Below, piece after piece: positions 36,866 through 49,509 of a DNA stretch of 64,000 bases. Source of the stretch: Torpedo marmorata (taxonomy: Eukaryota); assembly GCA_977017645.1 (NCBI GenBank), contig CDRNVU010000048.1, positions 1,612,001-1,676,000 on the forward strand. Reading direction: 5' to 3'. The position numbers and the translations under genes were made by a program. Position 1 is the first letter of the stretch, and every line of letters starts with the position of its first letter. The notes under the pieces were generated by a model that saw nothing but the letters and a program-made list of their open reading frames with translations, had not been told where the DNA came from and did no database searches.

Positions 36866-37723
36866 GCCCAGACCATTACAGTCTGTGCCCAACCATCATT
36901 TAAAAATGGAAAACCTTCCCCAAAACCCCCAGGTCAGTAATAAAAACAAGTCCGTCCCAAAAATACAGTCCACAAAAATTCACTCTTTATGTTCAGGGTC
37001 CAAATTGAGCTCTGTGTGCTGGCAAAGAGGACTTCTTAATGAACGTTGGGGAGATAGACAATGACTGTTTAAGCTTACGAATGCTTGGCCTGTTTTTCTT
37101 CTCTGATGAATTTCCGTTTTGGTAGATTTACAAGGATTGCGACTCCAAATCCGTTTTGGATTGAGGCGTGTACTTGTATCTCACAGCATGTCTCGCTGAT
37201 CTCACGCCTGTTCTTCACAAACGTTGTCTTCAACTCAGGAATTTGCTGAGTCACGAGGCCCTGCGTTATTCTCCCAGCCATTTCCCCTGGGATGCACAAG
37301 CCTGGATTTTGCTGATTCAGGAGGCCCTTTGCTATTCTCCTAGCCTTTTCCCCTGGGATGCACAAGCCTGGATTTTGCTGATTCAGGAGGCCCTTTGCTA
37401 TTCTCCCAGCCTTTTCCCCTGGGATGCACAAGCCTGGATTTTGCTGGGTTCTCCAGCTTTTTCTAACTCCAAACTGCCACTAATTCAGTCCTCCACGACT
37501 GAACTTCAAGGCCATCCTGCAGAGGTCTTTTTCTGCCTTCTTCAAATGTGTCACCAAGTATCTTTTTCACAGTCTGTCTCCCTCTGGTGTCTTTCTCTCT
37601 GTAAGTACAACAAGTCCTGGGCAAGTTAACTCTTTCAGTACCAGGTCCCAGTGTGTACTCCAAAAGATTTCATCCTTCCTGCTGACCGTCCGCAGTCCAA
37701 ATGGTCAGTCATGGTCCATAACA
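36676..37723 (-). repeat. 3' LTR of family B, with an internal 66-bp unit in 3 copies
   Basis: TGTTACAAATTCAAACC...GGTCCATAACA on the plus strand; abuts the PPT. Confidence 0.95.
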
Positions 37724-38499
37724 CCTCCCAACCTCAAAGAAAACTTTGGTCTGCAAGAACAAAATTTTGGAAATTGAGGTGCTACAATATACACAATACT
37801 CACAATGTTTATCCATAAACACAAAATATGAACTGTTTTAACATAAAGTTTAGCATCCAGAAGGATAATCAGCAATTACATTATCTTTCCCTTTTATAAG
37901 TGTTATTACTAAATCATATTCTTGCAAAATTAGACTCCAATTCAACAACCGTCGATTCTTATTTTTCATTTTCAAAGAAAAACCAATGGATTATTGTCAG
38001 TATACTCTATGAGTGGTTTTGTAGCTGTGCAGATATAAACATCAAAGTATTGTAGAGCCAATACAAGAGCTAACAACTCTTTTTCTATGGTTGAATAATT
38101 CCATTGATGATCTTTGAACTTCTTCGAGAAGTAGGATACTGGATGGTCAATGTCCTCTTCGTTCTTCCTCTGGAACGGCATCGCTGGCATCCACGGCTAA
38201 AAAAAAGTCTGTTCTAAATTAGGTGAATTGAGCTCAGGTTAGTGGCATAACATGGCTTTCAATTCGACAAATGCTTCCTGACAACCTGTCGACCATACAA
38301 AATTTTCTCTCTTTCTAAGCATATTTCTGAGAGGCAGCGCAATATCTGCAAAATTTTTTCCAGAACTTGCGGTAGTAGCCAATCATTTCCTGGAAACTCC
38401 TCAGAGTTTTCTTACCAGTTGGAACAGGGAACTTGGAAAAGGTCACAACCTTTGCTTCTACTGGCGCCAAATGTCCCTGTCCTAATACATAACCCAGAT

Positions 38500-39589
38500 T
38501 GAACATTGGCTGGAAGGGAGAGGCCAGAGAGTGGTAGTGGATAATTGTCTGTCAGGTTGGAGGCAGGTGACCAGCGGTGTGCCTCAGGGATCTGTATTTG
38601 GCCCGTTGTTGTTTGTTATATATATCAATGATCTAGATGATGGGGTGGTAAACTGGATTAGTAAATATGCAGATGATACTAAGATAGGTGGAATAGTGGA
38701 TAATGAAGAAGGTTTTCAAGGATTGCAGAGGGATTTGGGCTGCTTAGAAAAGTGGGCTGAAAAATGGCAGATGGAGTTTAATGCTGATAAGTGTGAGGTG
38801 CTTCATTTTGGTAAGAAGAATCAGAACAGGACAAATGTAGTAAATGGGAGAGCATTGATGAATACAGAAGAGCAGAAAGATTTAGGAATAACGGTGCATC
38901 GTTCCCTGAAGGTGGAAACTCATGTGAACAGGGTGGCGAAGAAGGCTTTTAGTATGCTGGCCTTCATCAATCATTGCATAGAATTTAGGAGTTGGGAAGT
39001 GATGTTGAGATTATATAAGGCTTTGGTGCGGCCTAATTTAGAGTTCTGTGTGCAGTTCTGGTCGCCAAATTATAGGAAGGATATCAACAAGGTGGAGAGA
39101 GTGCAGAGAAGGTTTACCAGAATGTTGCCTGGGTTTAAGAATCTAGAGTACAAGGAGAGATTGAGCAGATTAGGTCTTTATTCTTTGGAGCGTAGAAGGT
39201 TGAGAGGGGATTTGATAGAGGTATTTAAAATTATGAAGGGGATAGACAGAGTAGATGTGGATAGACTATTTCCATTAAGAACAGGAAAGATTGAAACAAG
39301 AGGACATGAGCTAAGAATTAAGGGGCAGAGGTTTAGAGGTAACATGAGGGTGAACTTCTTTACTCAGAGAGTGGTAGCGGTGTGGAATGAGCTTCCGGGA
39401 GAAGTAGTGGCGGCAGAGTCAATTTTATTATTTAAGAAAAAGCTGGACAAGTATATGGATGAGAGGGAAGTGGAGGGTTATGGGCAGGGTGCAGGTAGGT
39501 GTGACTAGATAGGAATGTTTGGTTCGGTGCGGACTGGAAGGGCCTAATGGCCTGTTTCCGTGCTGTAATTGTTATATGGTTATATAGTT
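38500..39589 (+). mobile_element. Young 5'-truncated CR1 LINE with an uninterrupted RT C-terminal ORF (38531-39508), nested in family B pol
   Basis: 325 aa open frame (VTSGVPQGSV, KYADDTKI, DLGI, FFTQRVV) with a GTTATAT(G/A) repeat tail. The host frame ATVIY|LGYVLGQG rejoins when the insertion is removed. Confidence 0.95.
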
Positions 39590-42500
39590 ATAAATAACAG
39601 TAGCATATCGAAACTCACTTTTACTTAAATTAACTGTGAGATTCGCTTTCGACAGTCGTTCGAACAATTGTTTTAGCTCAAAGACATGCTCTTCCCAGTT
39701 GTCACTACTTACAATTAAATCATCAATGTAAGCACCTGTGTTTTTAAACCCATGAATTACTGAATTAATCATTCTCTGAAATGTTCCTGGAGCATTCTTC
39801 ATACCAAAAGGCATAACATTATACTCATACAGCCCAAAACGTTTTACGAATGCAGAAATCTCACTAGCCCTTTTTGTCAAAGGAACACACCAGTACCCTT
39901 TCAATAAGTCAATTTTTGTAAGATATTTGGCCTTCCCCACGTTGTCTGTACAATCGTCTATTCTAGGAATAGGATAAGCATCTGTTTTTTACAGCATTTA
40001 CTTTCCTATAATCAGTGCAAAACCTAACCGTTCCATTAGGCTTAGGCACTAAAACACAAGGGAAACTCCAATTGGAAGTTGACTTTCGAATGATTTTGTT
40101 CCATACCATGTAGTCAATTTCCTGATCTACCAGTTTGCACTTTTCCGCATTAATTCGATAGGGATGTTGTTTTATCGGTCTTGCATCTCCTACATCCACA
40201 TCATGATAAGCGATGGAAATTTTCTGAGGCACATCGGGAAATAAATTTATTCATTTTAAAAATAACTGACTCATCTCTTCCTTTTCAGAAGTTTTCAGAT
40301 GAGCCAACTTTGTCTCCAGATTGCACAAAATCATGGAATTTAATAACCTCGGGCTTATCAATTTCTGTGTCCCATGACCCTCTCTGAAACTGGTTATATC
40401 TGTCTCCTCCTTACCCTGATCAATAACCAGCATCTCTGGTAAATGTTCAGTCCCTTTGTATGGCACCTGTTCAAAATATGGCTTAATCATATTCACATGA
40501 CAGACCTGGGTGTCTCGTCTGCGATTAGGTGTTTCTATGACATAGGTGACATCATTAAATTTTGACTTAACTCTATAGGGTCCTGAAAATCTAGCCCTAA
40601 GAGGATTTGAATGGATGGGAAACAGAACTAATACGTTCTCACCAGGTTTAAAAGTTCTCATCTATGCCCTTCGATCATACCAAACCTTCATTCTCTGTTG
40701 AGAGGCCTTTAAATTATCCTTCGCTATCTCACAAGCCCTATGCAACCGATCCTTAAATTTTGAAACATAATCTAACAGATTTAAATGCACATCACATTTA
40801 AACCACTGTTCTTTTAATAATTTTAAAGGACATCTCACCTCATGTCGAAAACTACCTCGAATGGACTAAAACGAAGTTATTCTTGGACAGACTCCCTCGC
40901 TGCAAATAAAAACAAATGAACCCCCTCATCCCAATCCTTTTACTTCTCACAACAATAGGTTGTAATAATGTTTTTCAAAGACGAATGGAACCTCTCCAAG
41001 GCCCCTTTACTTTCTGGATGGGACGCAGATGATACAATCTGTTTAATTCCCAGTCCATCAACCACTTGTTGGAAAACGCCTGACATGGAATTACTGCCCT
41101 GATCTGATTTAATTTCGTTTGGAAAACCTACCAAGGTGAAAAACTGTACTATAGCCTTTCCCATTGCTTTTGCTTTAATGTTTCTCAGAAGAATGGTCTC
41201 TGGAAATCTGGTGGCTGCACACATAATTGTTAACAAATACTCATTCCCCGCTTTGGTTTTGGGCAATGGGCCAACACAGTCCACAATCACTCTCGAGAAA
41301 TTCTCGCTGAAAGCAGAGATAGGTTGCAAGGGTGCAACCGGGGTACCCTGATTAGGTTTACCCACCAACTGACAAGTGTGACAGGCCCGGCAAAAGCTTA
41401 CAACCTCCCTTCTCAAACTGGACCAATACAATTGTTTCATTATATTCCGTATAGTTTTCTTCACCATAATGTGACCACCTAAGGGTGTGCTGGGAGCCAA
41501 AGTTATTATTGCATCCCAATATACTTCAGGAATCACAACCCGCTGCACTACTGCCCATTCTTCATTGGCAGGAACATCACATGGTCTCCACTTTCTCATC
41601 AACACCCCATCTTTTTCATAGTAACCCATTGGCAACATTTTAATCTCCTCTTCAGAAAAAAACATATCCCTCACCTCAGCAAGATCAGGATACTCCTTTT
41701 GCCTTGCTATTTGCTCCTGTCGGGATAGTGACAAATATGTGCCTTCAGGTGTCTTACCATTGGATGGGTGTAACACAGGAGATTATCTCAACCTTTTCCA
41801 GGTATTCTAGATTATCACTGACTTTTTCTTTCACCAATATCGTTTCCACTGCCTTCTCTACAGTGACATTTTTCTTAGACATGGCCCTGGTTATGGCACA
41901 TGCCGCATAAATATCAGAGTCTTTCTCTGACATCAATGACTGGCTTAGTGGTCATTCGCACTGCAGGAACTACTTTACCCTCGGCCACGTCATTGCCTAG
42001 CAACAGTGAGACTCCTTCTACTGGCAACTCTCCTCTCACTCCTATTATAACAGGTCCTTCCACCAAGGCTGAGTCCAGCACTATTTTGCGCAAAGGAATG
42101 GACTCACCATCGTCACAAATTCCTTTAATCAAATTCATTTCACCGGTGTCAGTAGCTTCGCAAAAGTCCAAGACACTATCTAACACAAGTGACTGAGCAG
42201 CTCCAGTATCTCGCAAGATTTTCACTGGAACTTGCTTTGATCCTGCCTTAACTGAAACAAAGCCATCAGTCACAAAAGGTTTAAATACATCCCTAACTTT
42301 GTCAGTAAATTTGTCTCCTTCCTGGGTGTTATGCCTCTTCTCACTCTGAATACAAGCATTAGGCGTTGCATCCTTTTCTCTCTTCTTTTTCAACACTGGA
42401 CAGCTTGCTAACATATGACCAGCCTTCCTACAGTAGTGGCAAATGGGACCGGAAGGATTTTCCCTTTTCCACTTTCCTTCATCTCTTTCCTTAACACCAC

Positions 42501-43164
42501 GTCCAAATTTACTTTCCACTTGCGTGGTATTATCCACATTACCCATTTGGAAAATTCTGTCTGACGTCCACTAAGGCTTGTGGGTTAAAGCATATACATC
42601 TGCTAACTTAGCTGTATTTTGCCAGGTTTTCACCTCTATTTCATCTAAGTATGCCTTAATATCGTCAGGAACACACCTCTTTATGTCCTCGAATATTATC
42701 AATTCTCTCAATTGATTGTAATCATTGTTTACCGCCTTAGAGGTGCACCACCGGTCAAAACACACAACCTTTTCATAGGAAAAAACTGTGTAAGATTGGG
42801 TTGATAATCTTTTTGAACTTCTAAACTTCTGTCTATAAGCCTCTGGATCTAACTCATAAGCCTGGAGTGTAGCCTTTTTAACCGTTTCATAATCAGCAGC
42901 TTGCTCTGTGGTAAGAGTAGAATAAACTTGCTGAGCTTTTCATTTTATTACACTTTTTAACATAAGAGACCATTGGTCTTGTGGCCATTTTAATTTCACA
43001 GCCACCTTCTCAAAATGTTGGAAGTACTTATCTATTTCCGACTCCTCAAATGGAGGAACAAACCTAACTTCTCTACTAGCCACAAACCTCTCAACAGGAT
43101 GACGAATTTGATCTTGGTGCTCTTCTTGTCTCCTCTGATTTTCCAACTTAATCTTTTCCAGCAC

Positions 43165-43395
43165 ATATTGCCTAATGTTCTCCTCTTTCTCTAAGTCTAA
43201 TCTCTTTTGTTCCAATTCCGTGTCTAATTTCTTTTGTTCCAATTCCGTGTCTAATTTCTTTTGTTCCAATTCCGTGTCTAATTTCATTTGTTCCCTGGCT
43301 ACCTCCAAGTCTAATCTCTTTTGTTCCAATTCCCTGTCTAATTACTTTTGTTCCCTGGCTGCCTCCAATTCCAATTTATTTAGTTCCAATTGTAT
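43165..43395 (-). repeat. 27-bp tandem repeats in family B gag encoding (ELEQKKLDT)n
   Basis: Repeated unit tccaattccgtgtctaatttcttttgt; see ORF 42940-43329. Confidence 0.85.
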
Positions 43396-43720
43396 ATTTT
43401 CAGTAGGTTTACCCTTGCGAAACTGCTCTAACACGCTCTCCTCAAATGTTTTCCCTTTTATATAGTATTTGAATAATTTTCTCCCAATCTCTGCATTTTT
43501 CATTGATGGTTTTACAGAAGCAATGCCCAACTCTGCTTCTATACCCACTAACTGTTCCTCTTTAGCATTTGTTAAAGTATCAGGTTCAGGTGATAACGAA
43601 AATGTTTCTACATCCATTGTTGCTGGTTTTTCGTTACACGCACACTAGTTTTTAATTAGTTTTACAAAATAAATTCTTAAACCAGACTGGGATTCCTTCA
43701 ATTACCAAGATGGATCTTGA

Positions 43721-43743
43721 TTCAAATCCCGGACGAGCCCCCA
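43721..43743 (-). promoter_or_regulatory. Primer-binding site complementary to the tRNA-Pro 3' end
   Basis: The plus strand reads TTCAAATCCCGGACGAGCCCCCA, identical to the vertebrate tRNA-Pro 3' terminus including CCA. It lies 3 nt from the LTR. Confidence 0.92.
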
Positions 43744-43746
43744 TTT

Positions 43747-43890
43747 TGTTACAAATTCAAACCAGCAACGACAGAAGACGCAATGAAAAAGGGGTAACAT
43801 TGAAATTTATATTATTAAAGACAATTAAACATATAAGTTCACAATAATTAACCTCACTATAAACGTATATAAACTCTATTCTTATCTAAA

Positions 43891-43925
<35 letters not shown>

Positions 43926-44650
43926 GGCCAGACAATTACAGTCTATGCCCAACCCTCATGTAAAAATGGAAAACCTTCCCCAATTCCCCAAGGTCAGTCA
44001 TATAAACAAGTCAGTCCCAAAAATACAGCCCACAAAAATTCACTCTCTATTTTCAGGGTCCAAATTCAGCTCTGGTGCTGGCAAGAAGGACTTTTTAATG
44101 AACGTTGGAGAGAGAGACAATGACTGTTTATGCTTACGAATGTTTGGCCTGCTTTTCTTGTCTGATGACTTTCCCTTTTGGTAGATTCACAAGGATTGCG
44201 ACTCCAAATCCGTTTTGGGTTGAGGCGTGTACTTGTATCTCACAGACTGTCTCGCTGATCTCACGCCTATTCTTCACAAAAGTTGTCTTCAACTCAGGAT
44301 TTTGCTGAGTCACGAGGCCCTGTGTTATTCTCCCAGCCGTTTTCTCCTGGGATGCACAAACCTGGATTTTTCTGGGTTCTCCAGCCTTTTCAACTCCAAA
44401 CTGCCACTGATTCAGTCCTCCACAACTGAACTTTAAGGCCTTCCTGCAGAGGTATTTTTCTGCATTTTTCAAAAGTGTCACCAAGTATCTTTTTCACAGT
44501 CTTTCTCCCTCTGGTGCCTCTCTCTCTGTAAGTACAACAAGTCCTGGGCAATTTAACTCTTTCAGTACCAGGTCCCAGTGTGTACTCCAAAAGACTTCCT
44601 CATTCCTGCTGACCGTCCGCAGTCCAAATGGTCAGTCATGGTCCATAACA
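43747..44650 (-). repeat. 5' LTR of family B
   Basis: Homologous to 36676-37723, with a single copy of the 66-bp unit. Confidence 0.95.
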
Positions 44651-46357
44651 GTAATCACTGGGAGACCCACCCCTTTGCAGGGTGCATAGCCGAGGTGCAC
44701 AACAAAGCGATCTCCAAGTCTGCGTCCAGTCTCTCCTATGCAGAGGGGACCACAACGAGAACACGGGATGCAGAGGTAACAGAGAAAGGNNNNNNNNNNN
44801 NNNNNNNNNNNNNNNNNNNNNNNNNNNNNNNNNNNNNNNNNNNNNNNNNNNNNNNNNNNNNNNNNNNNNNNNNNNNNNNNNNNNNNNNNNNNNNNNNNNN
44901 NNNNNNNNNNNNNNNNNNNNNNNNNNNNNNNNNNNNNNNNNNNNNNNNNNNNNNNNNNNNNNNNNNNNNNNNNNNNNNNNNNNNNNNNNNNNNNNNNNNN
45001 NNNNNNNNNNNNNNNNNNNNNNNNNNNNNNNNNNNNNNNNNNNNNNNNNNNNNNNNNNNNNNNNNNNNNNNNNAGCAGGCATCGGGATTGGCAGACAGAG
45101 CATGAGAATGGGGGTGTGGTGGTAACAGAGAAAACTGCAATTGGCTTATGCTCTTCCTCCTGTCCCATCTCTCTTCCCACTGCTTACTGTTTGCCCATAG
45201 CTTGACGACGTTCTCAGGCTCGAAAAGTTGATTATATTTGATTGCCTCATGTGGGCTCTGCCAGACCTGCCGAGTTTCTCCAGCACTTTTGTGTATCAAC
45301 TGCCATCATAGACTTGTCAGAAATATTTGTTTCACTCCGAGACAGGCGTCTGCCTCCCCACTCAATCCATACTACGAGGCAGGTCACGTATACCGCCTAT
45401 TGGCCCCAGCGGCCGCCTCAGCTACACTGGACTCCATGCGGATTTGGAATCCCATCGACGAAGCCGCTCCCACAGCGGAATCCGTTTCTGGAAGTGATAT
45501 GCCGTTAGAACCACGGCCCGATGTCTCCATGCCCGGAGGCTTAACACCTGCTTCCACCGGTTGCTCCCGGTCCGGCGCTCACATTATTGGAGGGGAACGC
45601 TTGTTCAGGTGTCCAGCAGCCGCTGGGAGCGTGGCCACGTGCAACGAAAGTTCGTTGTGTTGCGGTGATGGCTGGAGTGAGGCAGATATTCGGTACCAAC
45701 TGGGTGTTGTTGTGAAGAACACTTTATCAATACTTACGGTCTTCCAACTGATATGAACATATAATGTAGAGTCGTAGATGACAGCGCGGACACTTCGGCT
45801 GACGATGTTGTGGAGACCAACAGTAAACCGCTGCACATCAATTGCAACCTTCCCTCCCTTACAGCCCACAACTCCCTCTTTTACTTAAATCCATGCGTCA
45901 ATTCAAGATTCGTTTAAATGTCCTTATTTTACCATCTCCACCGCCACCCCGTCAATGTGCTCTTTCTAAAAGAGTGATCCAAGATATCTCCCATAACTTT
46001 CCTCCGCTTGCCTTGAACGGACATCCTCTGGTATTGCCCATTGCCATTCCAGGAAAAGGTACTTCCTCGCCAATCCATCTGTGCCTCTCATAACCTTGCC
46101 TATCTTTACAATGTTCGCAGAACGGTGACATCTCTGCTCTTAAAGCGGTGAACATTCTCACCATACCTCGGTACAGGTGACAACAAACCTGAACTTGATT
46201 TCCACAAGACCTGTAAATGATCAAAAAATGACAAATTTTCATTGAAATGCAAAGTTGTTCCTTGGATTCGAAAGGAGTGTGAGTGATGTTATGAGGAGCG
46301 GTTTATGTTTTAATGTGGAGTTATTTATTTGAAAAGTGATATTGACAACAGGGGAAA

Positions 46358-46429
46358 TAGCAGAGGATGGTTTCGATCCATCGACCTCTGGGTTATGGGC
46401 CCAGCACGCTTCCGCTGCGCCACTGTGCT
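46358..46429 (-). tRNA. tRNA-iMet-CAT: Initiator tRNA-Met (CAT) with one acceptor-stem substitution
   Basis: The reverse complement AGCACAGTGGCGCAGCGGAAGCGTGCTGGGCCCATAACCCAGAGGTCGATGGATCGAAACCATCCTCTGCTA matches the vertebrate tRNAiMet except G5C. There is no encoded CCA, and T-runs lie downstream. Confidence 0.95.
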
Positions 46430-47164
46430 GTTGAACCACCACACCGTGTTTGGTTTGTGTGTGTTGCCATTCCGTTTTTCTCTCCTTGGGTGTCGGTTTC
46501 CGTTTACTTAACCGACTCCATTCCCTCCCCTTGATCACCTCTCTTTCTGTCCTTTTCCTCTCGTCCCCGTCACCCATTCTCTGCACATTATGTTTTATGT
46601 TTCAAATTTTACGCCACATCCGGTGCTTATTTCTGCCCCACTGATTCTCCATCCTGGTCTCTGTCCACGTTGCCAGATTTTTCGCAGTGGACGTTTTCAC
46701 ATTTGTTCACTGACCGTTTTTTCTGCGGCGCTGCCACCGCATATTCTCTTTATCTTCCTCTCCCTAATCATTCTGCTTTCTTTCACTTTGTCTCCGGGCT
46801 CTGTTTTGGGGCAACTATTAAGGTAACAAACAGTGGTCACGGTCTCGCCTGCAGCCGATGGGACCCGAGGAACGATTTATTCCTATGGATATTGTTGCAA
46901 ATTCACTGTCACACGGCGATTTGTTTTGTCCAACCCCGAGGTCTCCTTAAGTTCCCAATCATGTGACATGATTGAACAAACGTCTGAATTCCTTCCTTGT
47001 TGAAGGACAAGCGGCTCACTTTGTCTCTGTCAAAATTCACGGACAACTTTGCAAACACATTAGATTCTAAATTATTTATTTTCGTTCAGCAGGAACTTAC
47101 TTCAAATGCAACAAATCAGAACAGCGTGATTTAAGAGTTGGCAAATTTAACGTTGCTGTACAAT

Positions 47165-48350
47165 CAGATTTCTCAGGAAGTGCAGTGTTTGTTGCGCCTT
47201 CCACAAAGTTAGGAGGTGTTATTTTTGTCCATGACAGGTCTCTTCATAAGTGGACTCCGAGTAACGTACTGCTCATTATTCTCTCCACTACCGAGCTATT
47301 AATGTGCAGTGGTGGGTGTTCGTCCAGATGTCCAGAAGCATCTCCACGGTCTTGTCCACGTTGAGAAGCAAGTTGTTATTCTCGCACCACCACGGCATTT
47401 TCCACCTCTTCTCTGAAGTGCGACCTCATAGTTTTTTCTGATGAGACCAAATACTGTCGTGTCATGTGCGAACATAATGTCACTGTTGGAGCTGGATCGG
47501 GCTTGGCAGTCATGGGTTAGCCGCATGAATAGGAGCGAGCTGAGAGCCTTGAGGTGCTCCAGTGCTCAGTGTGTCTGTGCTCGACGTCCTGATACCGACC
47601 CAGACATTCAGTGGTCTTTCCGTTAGGAAGTCCAGAATGCAGTTACAGTGAGGCGTGTTGAGTCCCATCGATGACAGCTTAGCCACCAACCTCTGGGGTG
47701 CGGTTGTATTCAACACCAAGCCGGTCAATGAACAGCAGCCTGGCATATGAGTTGGTTCTCCAGGTGGGACAGGGTGGAGTGGAAGAGCATGAAACGGTTC
47801 CGTCTGTACGCGAAATGAAATGGGTCCAGATCCGCTGGGACCTGCACTTTAATGCGCTCCATCACCGGACCATTTCACAGTGGTTGAGATCAATGCCAGT
47901 GGGCGGAAGTTATTGAGGCCTGCAACTGTCGCCATCCTTGGGACCAGGATAATAATGGCTGTGTTGAAACACGCCGGGACGATGGACGGCTGCAGTGACT
48001 TGTTGTAGATATCCGTAAGGACATCCGGCAGTTTGCCTGCACAATCCCTCAGTCCCCAACATGATATGTTGTTTGGATCTGATGCCTTGTGTGAGTTTAC
48101 CTTGGATAGCGATATCCTACCTCGGCCGCGGCTGAACAAGGGACCTTTTCATCCGGGGCAGACGAGCTTTCTTTGGCCTCAGCCTGTTCATCTCGTCGAA
48201 CCATGGTTAGAAGATGTACAGTCTGACCTGAAGGGGGAATAGTTGTATTTGAGGAGAAGCACATCATATTCCTCCTGCACAGCCTCACACACAACGGCAT
48301 GAACTTTTCCTCATTTTCGGTAACCCACACATCGATTTGATTCCGCTGTT
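47165..48350 (-). mobile_element. Rex1/Babar LINE fragment, decayed
   Basis: [24 protein letters not shown] and FAHDTT motifs across ORFs at 47299-48139. Confidence 0.85.
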
Positions 48351-49057
48351 TCTATGAGTTTATCTCCTCCGGTTCTCTTCCCTAAACTCTTTCCAGCCGT
48401 GGTCTCTGTTCAGCTACCTCCACACCTCCACCACCTTCTGTCCAATTCCTGTCATCTTATCTTCCTTTAACTTGGATAAAGGTTCCGAAGCCCAGACGTT
48501 TTAATTCTATCCATAGACGCTGACAGACACGCGGAGTCCATCCAGCTTCTTTCTTCAATCCCATTCCACTAGTTGCCGTGTGTTCCCTGACCATCCTTTC
48601 CTTTCTCTCCATCAGCACAGAGATGTAGAAGCGACGAGGATCGGGCTTGGACCTTGGTTACGGCTGTTGGGCACATCTTTCTCCGGGAACAGGAGAAGCG
48701 GTTGTCTACTGGGCTCCACCAGCAGTAAGTGCCTGAAAGCGGCAGTTGCTGATCAATGTACACTGGCACCGTAAACCTCGTCGGTCAGACCCTTCAACGA
48801 TATCTTCCATTCCCAGTTGGCCAGCAGCATTGTGCCCTGTAACACGATGGATTATCCAACAGGTCGGACAGGAATCTGGTCAAGCTGGACGGCCTTCTGA
48901 CCACCCAGACAGGAAGAACGTCGGACGTCACCACCCCTGTCAATCAATGACAAACCCATTTACAGTTAAACACACATTTCAATTGGTCTTCCTCCTTCTC
49001 ACCTTCATTCCCATGGGTCTACCTGGGGCGGCCCCCCAGCCGGATGCGATCTGTAAC

Positions 49058-49245
49058 CATCACATCAGATTCCTGAATAATCAATGAACCAAAGACACTG
49101 CCTTACTTTTCGTGCACTATTATTTATAATTTTTTATAGTAATGTCGTAAGATGGTTATAATATGAATGTTTTCACCATGACGCTGCCACAAAAAACCGA
49201 ATTTCATGACTTGTTCATGACAATAAATTCTGATTCGGATTCTGA
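49058..49245 (+). mobile_element. Rex1/Babar 3' tail
   Basis: atcagattcctgaataatcaatgaaccaaagacact...catgacaataaattctgattc, near-identical to 57990-58176. Confidence 0.88.
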
Positions 49246-49505
49246 TCTCTCCCTCTCCAACTATGATCCTCCAATCATCACTGGATTGTTTACCTCTGGT
49301 TTTCCCTGCCTGAAGTCCACAATCATCTCCTTGGTTTAGGTGACATTGATGCAAGGTTGTGGTTGGTGAACAATTCAGACAGGTTTTAAATCACCCTCCT
49401 GTATGCTGACTCATCGCCTTTGTAAATACAACCCACTACCGTGGTATCGTCGGCAAATTTGTAGAGGGTGTTTTTTCCAGTATCGGGCCACACAGTCGTA
49501 GGTGT
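49246..49505 (-). mobile_element. Rex1/Babar RT fragment
   Basis: The minus strand encodes [12 protein letters not shown] and EMIVDFR. Confidence 0.75.
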
Positions 49506-49509
49506 AAAG

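Larger units (their letters stand above)
36676..44650 (-). mobile_element. Full-length Gmr1-like Gypsy provirus, family B (LTR-Gag-PR-IN-RT-RH-LTR), frameshifted
   Basis: LTRs at 36676-37723 and 43747-44650 (TG...CA), tRNA-Pro PBS at 43721-43743 and PPT at 37724-37735. Gag (VPPFEESEIDKYFQHFEK, zinc knuckle CHYCRKAGHMLASC), protease (ILRDTGAAQS), integrase (40940-41776), RT (YIDDL, 39572-40232) and RNase H (about 37850-38506). Confidence 0.95.

Noticed and set aside
37239-37447. Regularly spaced direct repeats resembling a CRISPR array
   Set aside because: They are contiguous tandem units without unique spacers, inside a eukaryotic LTR.
45238-45756. 172 aa GC-rich ORF
   Set aside because: There is no recognisable domain or splice context. 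It is probably a decayed repeat that I cannot classify.
48565-49057. Possible Ingi/Vingi-type LINE remnant (GSTWG motif near 49015)
   Set aside because: A single short motif is not enough to support a call.
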